Source: Methylorubrum extorquens (GTDB lineage: Bacteria; Pseudomonadota; Alphaproteobacteria; Rhizobiales; Beijerinckiaceae). From it: DNA of 32,000 bases. Below the pieces are notes generated by a model that was not told the DNA's origin, did no database searches, and worked only from the letters and a program-made list of their open reading frames with translations. The stretch's first letter is position 1. Each line of letters starts with the position of its first letter. Both the position numbers and the translations under genes were made by a program. Positions 1 to 7,562 of this stretch are shown here, piece after piece. The stretch covers positions 4,980,001-5,012,000 of the forward strand of contig LT962688.1 in NCBI GenBank assembly GCA_900234795.1, in the 5' to 3' direction.

Positions 1-2
1 TG

Positions 3-500
3 ACCCTGCGCGCCCGCAGCAAGGGCCAGACGTTCGCCAGCCTGATCGACGATTCCCTGCCGCGCCTCTGGGCCGACGAGCGGGCACTGCGCCAGATCGT
101 GCTCAACCTGCTCTCGAACGCGGTGAAGTTCACACCGCCGGGCGGCGAGATCACGATCAAGGTCGGCTGGACCTCGTCGGGCGGGCAATATCTCAGCGTC
201 AAGGATTCCGGGCCCGGCATCCCCGAGGACGAACTCGGCACGGTGATGTCGTCGTTCGGGCGCGGCTCGCTGGCGATCAAGACCGCCGAGCAGGGTTCCG
301 GCCTCGGCCTGCCGATCGTGAAGGGTCTGATCGACCTCCATGGCGGCGGCTTCCAGCTCAAGTCGAAGCCGCGCGAGGGCACCGAGGTGATCGTCACCTT
401 CCCCGCGAGCCGCGGCATGGACACCCTGCCCGCGATGACGCTCGCTGCCGAGAAGGCCCCGGCCGAGGCGGCGTCCGCCCGGCGTGCGCGGGCGGCCTGA
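3..500 (+). CDS. Sensor histidine kinase, C-terminal HATPase_c domain (5' end outside window)
   Basis: The frame is open from the window edge. N-box LNLLSNAVKF, G1 box DSGPGI and G2 box GSGLGLPIV are all present. Stop codon at 498-500. Confidence 0.9.
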   Translation, partial: TLRARSKGQTFASLIDDSLPRLWADERALRQIVLNLLSNAVKFTPPGGEITIKVGWTSSGGQYLSVKDSGPGIPEDELGTVMSSFGRGSLAIKTAEQGSGLGLPIVKGLIDLHGGGFQLKSKPREGTEVIVTFPASRGMDTLPAMTLAAEKAPAEAASARRARAA

Positions 501-506
501 CGGAGG

Positions 507-1544
507 TCAGTCCGCGCTCTTGCCCGAGACCCCCGCCTGCTCGAACGTCGCCATGTCGCGGTGGCAGGCGAGCGCGCCCTTCAGCAGGCCGAGCGCCAGG
601 GCCGCGCCGGAGGCTTCGCCGAGGCGCATATCGAGCGACAGGACGGGCTTGAGGCCGAGCCGTTCCAGCACCTCGCCATGCGCGCCCTCGGCTGAAAGAT
701 GCCCGGCGATGCAGTGGTCGAGGGCGTGAGGGTCGGCGGCGTGCAGAATGGCCGCCGCGGCGGTCGCGACATAGCCGTCGAGCACCACCGGCACCCTTTG
801 CAGCCGCGCGGCGAGGATGGCCCCGGCCATCGCCGCGATCTCCCGGCCGCCGAGGCGCGCCAGGATCGTCAGCGGGTCGCCGAGATGATCCTTGTGGGTG
901 TCGAGCGCCAGCCGCACGGCCTCAGCCTTGCGGGCGAGGCCGGCCGCATCGAGGCCGGTGCCGCGCCCGACCCAGTGCTCGGCCTCGCCGCCGTAGAGCG
1001 CGGCGTAGATCGCCGCCGCGACCGTGGTGTTGCCGATGCCCATCTCGCCGACCCCGAGGCAATCGGTGCCCGCCGCCACCGCTTCCATGCCGAAGGCCAT
1101 GGTGGCCACGCACCCTTTCTCGTCGAGGGCGGGGCCGGAGCAGATGTCGCCGGTCGGCAGATCTACCGCGAGGTCGAACACCCGGAAGCCGAGGCCGTAG
1201 GCGGCGCAGAGCTGGTTGATCGCCGCCCCCCCGGCGGCAAAGTTGTCCAGCATCTGCCGGTTGACCGCGGCCGGGAAGGCCGAGACGCCGCGCTCCACCA
1301 CGCCGTGGCTGCCGGCGAACACGCAGACCATCGGCCGGTCGAGCGTGGGCTTGGCCTTGCCCTGCCAAGCGCCGAGCCATTCCACGAGACCTTCGAGCCG
1401 CCCGAGCGCGCCCGGCGGCTTGGTGAGGCTGGCATCCCGCGCCCGGATCGCGGCGACCGCGTCCCCGTCGGGGCCGGGCATCTCCGTGAGCAGGCGGCGG
1501 ATGTCGGCGAAGGGCGAGGTGTCGGGGGTCGGGCTGGAGGTCAT
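507..1544 (-). CDS. cobT: Nicotinate-nucleotide--dimethylbenzimidazole phosphoribosyltransferase
   Basis: 345 aa. Characteristic CobT stretches are present: LTKPPGALGRLE, VCVFAGSHGV and GEMGIGNTT. It is divergent from cobS. Confidence 0.92.
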   Translation of the reverse strand: MTSSPTPDTSPFADIRRLLTEMPGPDGDAVAAIRARDASLTKPPGALGRLEGLVEWLGAWQGKAKPTLDRPMVCVFAGSHGVVERGVSAFPAAVNRQMLDNFAAGGAAINQLCAAYGLGFRVFDLAVDLPTGDICSGPALDEKGCVATMAFGMEAVAAGTDCLGVGEMGIGNTTVAAAIYAALYGGEAEHWVGRGTGLDAAGLARKAEAVRLALDTHKDHLGDPLTILARLGGREIAAMAGAILAARLQRVPVVLDGYVATAAAAILHAADPHALDHCIAGHLSAEGAHGEVLERLGLKPVLSLDMRLGEASGAALALGLLKGALACHRDMATFEQAGVSGKSAD

Positions 1545-1711
1545 CGGCAGGGCTCGTGCGCGTCGGATGCGGGAAAAACGAAGGAGGTCGCCCGATCGGT
1601 GCGGGAATTGCCACCGGATAGCCAGCGGCGCCGCGTAGCAGGCAGCCGGCTCCCGGCGCTATAGAAGCGGACGGGCCCGCGGTACAGGCGGCCGAAGGGA
1701 AGGGCAGCGGA

Positions 1712-2539
1712 ATGATCGAGCGCAGTGGCCGCGATCTCGGACCGCCCTTTCCCGGGGCGGAGCTGGTCTACGATCTCGCCGCCTGCCTTCGCTTCTTTAC
1801 CCGCCTGCCGGTTCCGCCGCTGCCCGACGAGCCGGCGCCCTACGCCGCGCCGGATTTTCGCACCGTGCCGCGGATGCTGCCGCTGGCGGGGCTGCTGATC
1901 GCCGTGCCCGCCGCCCTGGTGCTGGTGCTGGCCTGGGAGATTCGGCTCGGGCCGTTCGTCGCCGCGGCACTCGCCCTGGTGGCGCTTGCGCTCATCACCG
2001 GCGCCATGCACGAGGACGGCTTGGCCGACGTCGCCGACGGGTTCGGCGGCGGACAGAGCCGCGAGCGCAGTCTCGAGATCATGCGCGACAGCCGCATCGG
2101 CGCCTATGGCGGCACCGCCCTGTTCCTCGGGCTGGCGCTGCGGGCGGCGATGCTCGCCACCCTGCTCGACCGCTCCGGCGGGCTCGCCGCCGTGTCGCTG
2201 CTGTTCGCCGCGGCTCTGTCGCGGACGGTGGCGCTGCTCCCGCTCGCGATCCTCGACCCCGCCCGTCCCGGCGGCGCGGGTGCCGCCGTCGGCCGGCCGA
2301 CCCGGGCGACGCTGGCGATCGCGGGATCGATCTGCCTGATCCTTGCCGGGATCGCCGCCGTCCTCGGCCTGCCGCCGCTGGGTCTCGGCCTCGCGCTGAT
2401 CCTGGCGCCGCTCGCGGCCTTCGGCCTGAGCGCGCTCGCCGAGCGGAAGATCGGCGGTCAGACCGGCGACGTGGTCGGAGCCTGCCAGCAGGTCGGCGAG
2501 ATCGCGGTGCTGCTGGCCCTGGTGGCGGCGACGGCGTAG
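1712..2539 (+). CDS. cobS: Adenosylcobinamide-GDP ribazoletransferase (cobalamin synthase)
   Basis: 275 aa polytopic membrane protein. It has the FFTRLPVP motif and the HEDGLADVADGFGGG...RSLEIMRDSRIGAYG motif typical of CobS/CobV. Confidence 0.9.
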   Translation: MIERSGRDLGPPFPGAELVYDLAACLRFFTRLPVPPLPDEPAPYAAPDFRTVPRMLPLAGLLIAVPAALVLVLAWEIRLGPFVAAALALVALALITGAMHEDGLADVADGFGGGQSRERSLEIMRDSRIGAYGGTALFLGLALRAAMLATLLDRSGGLAAVSLLFAAALSRTVALLPLAILDPARPGGAGAAVGRPTRATLAIAGSICLILAGIAAVLGLPPLGLGLALILAPLAAFGLSALAERKIGGQTGDVVGACQQVGEIAVLLALVAATA

Positions 2540-2550
2540 GCGAGGTCCGC

Positions 2551-3231
2551 GTGATGCTGGAGATCCTCCGCCGACTCTTCCAGAGCCGGAGGGTGAAGGC
2601 GCAGAGCCAAGCCCCGTCCGACTCGCCCCTGGAGGCGATCGACCGCGCCGACACCGCCGAGCGGATCGAGATCCTGGCCCGCGGCGGCTTCGAGACCGAA
2701 GCCTCGACGCTCGAGACGATCCTGGACGAGTACCCGAACCTCGACGAGATCGATCCCGAGGATCGCCGCTGGGTCGAGGCGGAGGTGGCGCGCGCCTTCG
2801 CACGCAAGCGGGCCGACGAGGCGACGTGGCCGCTGGAAACGGATTTCGACCGCCTCGCCATCGCCTTCGATGCGCTCGACGCGAGCGGGATCATCGCGCT
2901 GCACGATGCCGGCTACACCCGCTCGGACGGCATCTCGGATGCGGCCGAAATCGATCACCAGCGCCGGGAGCGCGGGCGCGCCTCGCGGGGGTTCGTCTTC
3001 TACCACGGGCAGGATGTCGAAGCGGTCGTCTGCGACCGGGGGCTCTACCTCGCCTTCGGCGCGTTCGACGACCGCGACGCGACCATGGCCGCCGTCGCCG
3101 CCGAGATCGTGGCGGCCGTGGAGGCGCAAGGGTTGCGGACGCATTGGGAGGGGGATGTGGGGACGCGCATCCTCGTCCACCCGATCCACTGGTTGAAGCG
3201 CAGCCCGTCCGACGATCCTCGGGCGGCATAA
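2551..3231 (+). CDS. Hypothetical soluble acidic protein, probably co-transcribed with cobS
   Basis: 226 aa with balanced composition. The GTG/ATG start lies 11 nt after the cobS stop, and a stem-loop plus T-tract terminator follows directly. I do not recognise a family with confidence. Confidence 0.65.
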   Translation: MMLEILRRLFQSRRVKAQSQAPSDSPLEAIDRADTAERIEILARGGFETEASTLETILDEYPNLDEIDPEDRRWVEAEVARAFARKRADEATWPLETDFDRLAIAFDALDASGIIALHDAGYTRSDGISDAAEIDHQRRERGRASRGFVFYHGQDVEAVVCDRGLYLAFGAFDDRDATMAAVAAEIVAAVEAQGLRTHWEGDVGTRILVHPIHWLKRSPSDDPRAA

Positions 3232-3431
3232 GGTTTCCCCCGGGCAATCGCTTGAAGCGATCGCCCTGTTTTTCGCCCGGCCTCAAGCGCCGGCGGCCGC
3301 CTCCGCGGCCTCAGGCTTTCACTCCGCTCGATGCTTTCCGGGGCTACGCCCCGAAAAGCCCGCTCCGCGCGGCGCTCTTCGCGCCGCGAAGCCGCCCAAA
3401 CGGCTTCGAGCGATTGCCCCGTAAGGTTTCC
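3229..3431. repeat. MITE-like structure: 10-bp direct repeat flanking a 17-bp imperfect inverted repeat
   Basis: TAAGGTTTCC occurs at 3229-3238 and again at 3422-3431. Just inside these are GGGCAATCGCTTGAAGC (3242-3258) and its reverse complement, with one mismatch, GCTTCGAGCGATTGCCC (3403-3419). The interior is non-coding and rich in short GC hairpins. Confidence 0.4.
3242..3273 (+). terminator. Rho-independent terminator after the cobS-orf226 unit
   Basis: GGGCAATCGC (3242-3251) pairs with GCGATCGCCC (3257-3266) at 9/10 positions around loop TTGAA. TGTTTTT follows at 3267-3273. Confidence 0.7.
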
Positions 3432-3478
3432 GATGAGACCTTGATTCACGGCCCCGCTCCGTCCCATTTGCACGGGCG

Positions 3479-3691
3479 ATGCTGGCGACCCCTTCGAAGA
3501 AACCCTCCTCACCCTGCACCAAGCTTTGCGTGCTCGATGCCGTGACGGGCCTGTGCGAGGGCTGCGGGCGCACGCGCGACGAGATCGGTCTGTGGGGCTC
3601 GCTCTCCGAGGCGCAGCGGCTGGCCGTCATGGCCGCGCTGCCCGAGCGACTGCGCCGGGCCTATCCCGGCCGGGAGGCATGCGCGCCATGA
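3479..3691 (+). CDS. DUF1289 domain protein (small Cys-rich, putative Fe-S)
   Basis: 70 aa. The pattern SPCTKLCVLD..TGLCEGCGRTRDEI..W matches the DUF1289 signature. Confidence 0.8.
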   Translation: MLATPSKKPSSPCTKLCVLDAVTGLCEGCGRTRDEIGLWGSLSEAQRLAVMAALPERLRRAYPGREACAP

Positions 3692-4380
3692 TGTGGGCCG
3701 CGCTCGCCGTTCTCGGGATCGGCCTCGCCGTCCTGATCGCCAACCATGACGGCGGCCCGGTGATGGGGCTCGATGCTGATCAACTCGCCGGCGTCGTGTC
3801 GATGACCGCGCTGTTGCTGCTGCTCGTCGCCGGCCGCTGGCGGCAGGCGCTCGTCATGCCGGGCAAGACCCTGGCTTCGATCCTGATCTGGCTCGCCATC
3901 GGCGCGGTGATCGTCGTCGGCTACACCTATCGCGACGACGCGCAGCGGGTCGGCGCCAATGTCGTCGGGGCCCTGCGCCCCGGCACCGCGGTCGTCGGCC
4001 CCGGCGGCGAGGTGACGATCACCCGCCGCTCCGACGGCGATTTCGCCGTGCTGGCGGCGGTGAATGGCGGCGCCGAGCAGCGCTTCGTCTTCGACACGGG
4101 CGCGAGCAGCGTCGTGCTCACCGCCGAGACCGCCGAGCGCCTCGGCATCCGTCCGCCGGAGAGCGCGTTCACGCAACGCGTCTCCACCGCCAACGGCACC
4201 GCACTCACGGCACCGATCCGGCTCGACTCGATCACGGTGGGGCCGATCACCGAGCGCAACGTCAACGCGATGGTGAGCCGGCCCGGCGTGCTGACCACCA
4301 ACCTGCTCGGCCAGAGCTTCCTCGACCGGTTGCCCTCCTACGAGGTGCGCGGCGACCGGCTGATCCTGCGCAGCCGCTGA
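3679..4380 (+). CDS. TIGR02281-type clan AA (retropepsin-like) aspartic protease, membrane-anchored
   Basis: N-terminal TM helices are followed by a domain with the FVFDTGASSVVLT active-site motif. I chose the ATG at 3679 because GGGAGG lies just upstream; it overlaps the DUF1289 stop by 13 nt. The longer ORF from 3526 is out of frame with DUF1289 and Arg-rich. Confidence 0.8.
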   Translation: MRAMMWAALAVLGIGLAVLIANHDGGPVMGLDADQLAGVVSMTALLLLLVAGRWRQALVMPGKTLASILIWLAIGAVIVVGYTYRDDAQRVGANVVGALRPGTAVVGPGGEVTITRRSDGDFAVLAAVNGGAEQRFVFDTGASSVVLTAETAERLGIRPPESAFTQRVSTANGTALTAPIRLDSITVGPITERNVNAMVSRPGVLTTNLLGQSFLDRLPSYEVRGDRLILRSR

Positions 4381-4641
4381 CGGGCGTTAGCGCCGCCCGC
4401 CACCTCCGATGCCGCCCGGGACGTTTTCAGGCTCCGCGGTCGAGGTGCCCCGTCCGAGCACCATCAGGCGGCCTCTGGCCACGGCCTCGACGGGGCCGAC
4501 GACCTCGCTCGTCACCGCGATGGCAAGAGTGAACCACGTCCACGGACAAATCGTTTGAACGGCTCAGCCTTCCCGGCGCGGGTAACGATCCGCGCCGGTG
4601 CAAAGCTGTGAGGGGAGCGTTTCGAACGGAGTTTTCCGACC

Positions 4642-5082
4642 TTGGCTATACTTCCTAACCGCGCCGCCCGGCGTCTTCCCTTCGTTGCCGGACTCTCGGC
4701 CGCCCTGCTCGGCCTCGCACCGCTCGCCGTCTCGGCTCAGTCCGTGGTCACGCCGGACGTCGAGGCACCCTCCGTCGAGGCGCCGACCGCGCCGGATCTC
4801 GGCAACGGGCTTCCCCAGGGCGCCTTGGTTTTTCACGGTAATTATTGCGGCCCAGGCAGCCGCGGCGCCGGCCTTCCCCCGATCGATGCCCTCGACCGGG
4901 CCTGCATGCACCACGATACCTGCTCGCCGCCGGTGGGCCAGGGGCTGCCGACCTGCTCCTGCAACGACCAGCTGGCGCGCGAGGCCAGGCAAGTGGCCCG
5001 GACGCCGCGGATCGACGACGAATTGCGGACAGCGGCGCAATTCGTCGCCGTCGGCGCGAAGGCGCTGGCCTGCGAACCCTAA
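4642..5082 (+). CDS. Secreted phospholipase A2-like protein
   Basis: 146 aa with a TTG start and GGAG 10 nt upstream. Signal peptide ends ...LAPLAVSAQS. The mature part carries HGNYCGPG (Ca-loop-like) and DALDRACMHHDTC (His-Asp catalytic-site-like) and has 6 Cys. Confidence 0.6.
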   Translation: MAILPNRAARRLPFVAGLSAALLGLAPLAVSAQSVVTPDVEAPSVEAPTAPDLGNGLPQGALVFHGNYCGPGSRGAGLPPIDALDRACMHHDTCSPPVGQGLPTCSCNDQLAREARQVARTPRIDDELRTAAQFVAVGAKALACEP

Positions 5083-5101
5083 AATCTAACCCCTGACACG
5101 G

Positions 5102-5140
5102 CATCGGCCCGGAGCGCTCGTTCCGGGCCGATGTCATTTT
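5102..5140 (+). terminator. Rho-independent terminator
   Basis: Perfect 12-bp stem, CATCGGCCCGGA (5102-5113) with TCCGGGCCGATG (5122-5133), and an 8-nt loop, followed by TCATTTT. Confidence 0.75.
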
Positions 5141-5231
5141 GCGCGATGCAGGTCTCGTTCAAAGCGCGGCGGGCCGCGACTCGTCCGGCTTGCAGCGGGC
5201 GTCTGCGCGACCTCACGCCGGGTGGGGCGCC

Positions 5232-5630
5232 CTAGGCCTCGGGCGGCTCCATGGGAATTCCCAGCGCGTCGAGGCCTTCTTCGAGGAGCGGCGCCGCATC
5301 CGGCGTGCCGAGCAACTCGCGGATCACCGTATCGCCCGCCGCCTCACGCTCCTTGGCGAAGTTGACCGCCGTGCGCCATTCCGCCGCCTCGTAATCGCCG
5401 CGACCGATATAGAGCAGGGCCCCGAGATCGGCGCGCTCGTCCTCGTTGAGCCCGGCGATCATGCTGCGGATCTCCTGCTCGGTGGCGTCGTCGGTGCCGC
5501 CGACCAGCATGTCGATCGAGCCGTCATCGGTCGGGTTGGAGCCCGAATCCGGATCGGTCGCGCCTTCCTTCACCTCGACCGCCCGCAGCCGCAGGATGAT
5601 CTCGGTGATCTTGTCGAGGGCAATGTCCAT
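5232..5630 (-). CDS. DUF3775-like acidic protein
   Basis: I chose the ATG at 5630 (MDIALDKITEIIL...) because GGAG lies 6 nt upstream. The acidic core and the LLYIGRGDY..AEW motif resemble DUF3775. An alternative start is at 5645. Confidence 0.65.
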   Translation of the reverse strand: MDIALDKITEIILRLRAVEVKEGATDPDSGSNPTDDGSIDMLVGGTDDATEQEIRSMIAGLNEDERADLGALLYIGRGDYEAAEWRTAVNFAKEREAAGDTVIRELLGTPDAAPLLEEGLDALGIPMEPPEA

Positions 5631-5855
5631 ACGTGGCTCCAGCATCGACGGCCCACGATACGCGGCGCGTCGGGTTCGAACGGAACGCGCCGTGTCCGCC
5701 GCGATCGCCCGGGCCGGCCGGTGACGTCGGGCTGCGACAGGGCGCAGAGCCTCGACAACCCATGGCGTGGCCGTTGGTTCGGCTGGGCCGGAGCAGCATG
5801 CGGAATCGGAAGAGGAAAGGGGGTGGAAGCGGCGGGCGCGGTAGCCCGGACAGCC

Positions 5856-5990
5856 TCAGGCCCGCGGCGGGTATCCGCCCGGCTCGGCCTCCGCGGTCCG
5901 CGCCGGCCGTTCCTCCTCCCGCCGGTGCCACATCAGCAGCAGGGCGGAGATCACGAGCCAGGGACCGGCGATCCCGATGAAGAAGGACAT
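5856..5990 (-). CDS. 44-aa single-pass membrane micro-protein (not in the supplied ORF track)
   Basis: Hand translation gives MSFFIGIAGPWLVISALLLMWHRREEERPARTAEAEPGGYPPRA*. A strong SD, GGGGAGA, lies 7 nt upstream of the ATG. The protein has a hydrophobic N-terminus and a charged tail. Confidence 0.5.
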   Translation of the reverse strand: MSFFIGIAGPWLVISALLLMWHRREEERPARTAEAEPGGYPPRA

Positions 5991-6087
5991 GAGCGCATCT
6001 CCCCGCGGCGGCGTCTGCTGTTTCGAGAAAATCCGTTCCGCGTAACAGAGGATGATAGGGGCTGCCGACCGGTCCGCAAGCGGCGCG

Positions 6088-6655
6088 TCAGGCGAACAAT
6101 TCGGGGTGGCGCAGGCGGAGCGAGAGCAGGAGCACCAGCGTCTTCATATCGACGATCTCGCCGGCCTCGCTCATGGCGGCGAGGGTGGAGAGCGGCATCT
6201 CGACCAGGGTGATCGCCTCGTGCTCCTCGGCCAAGCCGCCGCCCGGCCCTTCCCGGTCGCTCTCCGCGTAGGGGGGCGAGGTAGAGGTGCATCCGCTCGG
6301 TGGAGATCCCCGGCAGGCTCCACACCGTGGAGACGGGCTCGAGATGCGACAGCCGCAGGCCGGTCTCCTCGAAGGCCTCCCGGCGCACGCCCTCGTCCGG
6401 GTCGGCCTCGTCGAGCAGGCCGGCGGGCACTTCCAGCAGGTCGGTCACGCCCGCGGTGAAGAAGGGTGGGGCGCGGAACTGCCGGATCAGCAGAGCCACC
6501 TTGCGCTCGGGATCGTAGGGCAGCACGCAGACCGCCTCGCCGTGATCCTCGATCTCGCGGGTCACCGCGGTGCCCTCGGGAGTCGTCACCTCGGCGACGA
6601 GGAAGGTTGCCCAGCCATCGTGGACGGTGCGGGTGCCGCGGATCTCGGGGGGCAT
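6088..6655 (-). pseudogene. NUDIX hydrolase (ADP-ribose pyrophosphatase-like), frameshifted at a G6 run
   Basis: The N-terminal 128 aa contain the Nudix box GLLDE....EGVRREAFEETG. After ...ERMHLYLAP the called frame turns Arg-rich. Skipping one base of the run at 6271-6276 gives YAESDREGPGGGLAEEHEAITLVEMPLSTLAAMSEAGEIVDMKTLVLLLSLRLRHPELFA*, with the stop at 6088-6090. Confidence 0.8.
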
Positions 6656-6694
6656 GGCGTCTCCGGTTCGGGGCTTCAGGTCGGAATCTCGGGG

Positions 6695-6961
6695 TCAGGC
6701 TTGCGCAGGCGGGCGGTCGACGCCGCGGCGGATCAGGAAGCGCGCGGCCGGGCCGTGGCGCTCCAGCGCCTCCAGCGCGGCCCCTTCCTCGCGGACGACG
6801 TTGGGGATGTCGATCCCGGCCAGCGGATCGGTCGCGGTCACGGCCAGGCGCGCGCCGGGCGCGAGGGCCCGCAGGGCCTTGCGCGTGCGGAGCGCGGGGA
6901 AGGGGCATTTGAGGCCGCTGAGGTCGAGTTCGACCATGCCGTCCTGCGAGATCTCGGACAT
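6695..6961 (-). CDS. TusA/SirA-family sulfurtransferase-like protein
   Basis: The LDLSGLKCPFPALRTRKAL motif (CPxP) is typical of the TusA family. I chose the ATG at 6961; an alternative GTG is at 6979. Confidence 0.8.
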   Translation of the reverse strand: MSEISQDGMVELDLSGLKCPFPALRTRKALRALAPGARLAVTATDPLAGIDIPNVVREEGAALEALERHGPAARFLIRRGVDRPPAQA

Positions 6962-7040
6962 GGGAGCGGCGCATAACACGAAAACGCCCTGCCGGCTGAA
7001 CCCAGCCGCAGGGCGTTGTCGTCACGGGTGGAGAAGACGG

Positions 7041-7451
7041 CTACCAGCCGTAGGGGCCGTAGCCGTAATAGCCGCCATAAACCGGGTAGCCGTAGCCGCC
7101 GTAATAGCCGACGGGGACGCCGTAGCCGTAGTAACCGCCATAGGCCGGATAGCCGTAGTAGCGGGGGGCCGCGCTGGCGGCGATCGCGCCGCCGATCAGG
7201 CCGAGCGCCGCACCCGCGAACAGCGCACCCGCGACGTTGCGGCGGCGATAACCGTAGCCGTAGCCGTAACGGGGGCCGTAATAGCCGCCGTAATATCCGC
7301 GGCGCCAGCCGACGGTCTCGACGGAGGGGCTGCCGGCGACCTGCGCGGCGCTCATCGCCGGCAGGGGCGCGGCCTGAGCGGGCGAAACGGCCGTCACCGT
7401 CAGGCTCGCCGCGGTGAGGCCGGCCAGCGTCAGGGTCGTGATGCGGGACAT
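7041..7451 (-). CDS. Secreted Gly/Tyr-rich low-complexity protein with a central glycine-zipper segment
   Basis: ATG at 7451 is preceded by AAGGAG. The signal peptide is MSRITTLTLAGLTAASLTVTAVSPAQA. Two blocks of GYYGGYGYP-type repeats flank VAGALFAGAALGLIGGAIAASAA. Confidence 0.7.
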   Translation of the reverse strand: MSRITTLTLAGLTAASLTVTAVSPAQAAPLPAMSAAQVAGSPSVETVGWRRGYYGGYYGPRYGYGYGYRRRNVAGALFAGAALGLIGGAIAASAAPRYYGYPAYGGYYGYGVPVGYYGGYGYPVYGGYYGYGPYGW

Positions 7452-7562
7452 GGATGCGAACTCCTTACGCGATAAGGAACACGCAGAGGAACAACGCCGC
7501 ACAGAACGCGTTCCGACTGCCCCGCTTGCTGGGGAAGAAAATCTAGGGTGGTACCCGCACGA

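Noticed and set aside
1545-1711. Possible cobalamin riboswitch in the divergent cobT/cobS intergenic region
   Set aside because: The context is right and there are GGTGCGGGAATTGCCACCGG-like strings. However, I could not find the B12-box core (GCCACTG and AGCCAGGAGACC-like elements) on either strand. A cmsearch with Rfam RF00174 would settle it.
1541-2803. Long ORFs antisense to, or out of frame with, real genes (for example 1541-2803, 699-1664, 5139-6212, 10107-11678, 13801-14649, 17632-18675, 22940-23719, 25346-26923, 26920-27771, 29106-30089, 30169-31866, 30242-31633)
   Set aside because: Their translations are dominated by Arg/Gly/Pro/Ala/His with no motifs. Each overlaps a gene with clear family signatures. 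Stop-free antisense frames are expected at this GC content.
4387-4560. Minus-strand small ORF (…WFTLAIAVTSEVVGPVEAVARGRLMVLG…) between the protease and PLA2-like genes
   Set aside because: No usable start codon or SD lies upstream of the hydrophobic segment. The only ATG would leave about 25 low-complexity residues.
5660-5690. tRNA-like T-loop string GGGTTCGAACGG
   Set aside because: The flanking bases do not form a T-stem, and no acceptor or anticodon arms can be drawn around it.
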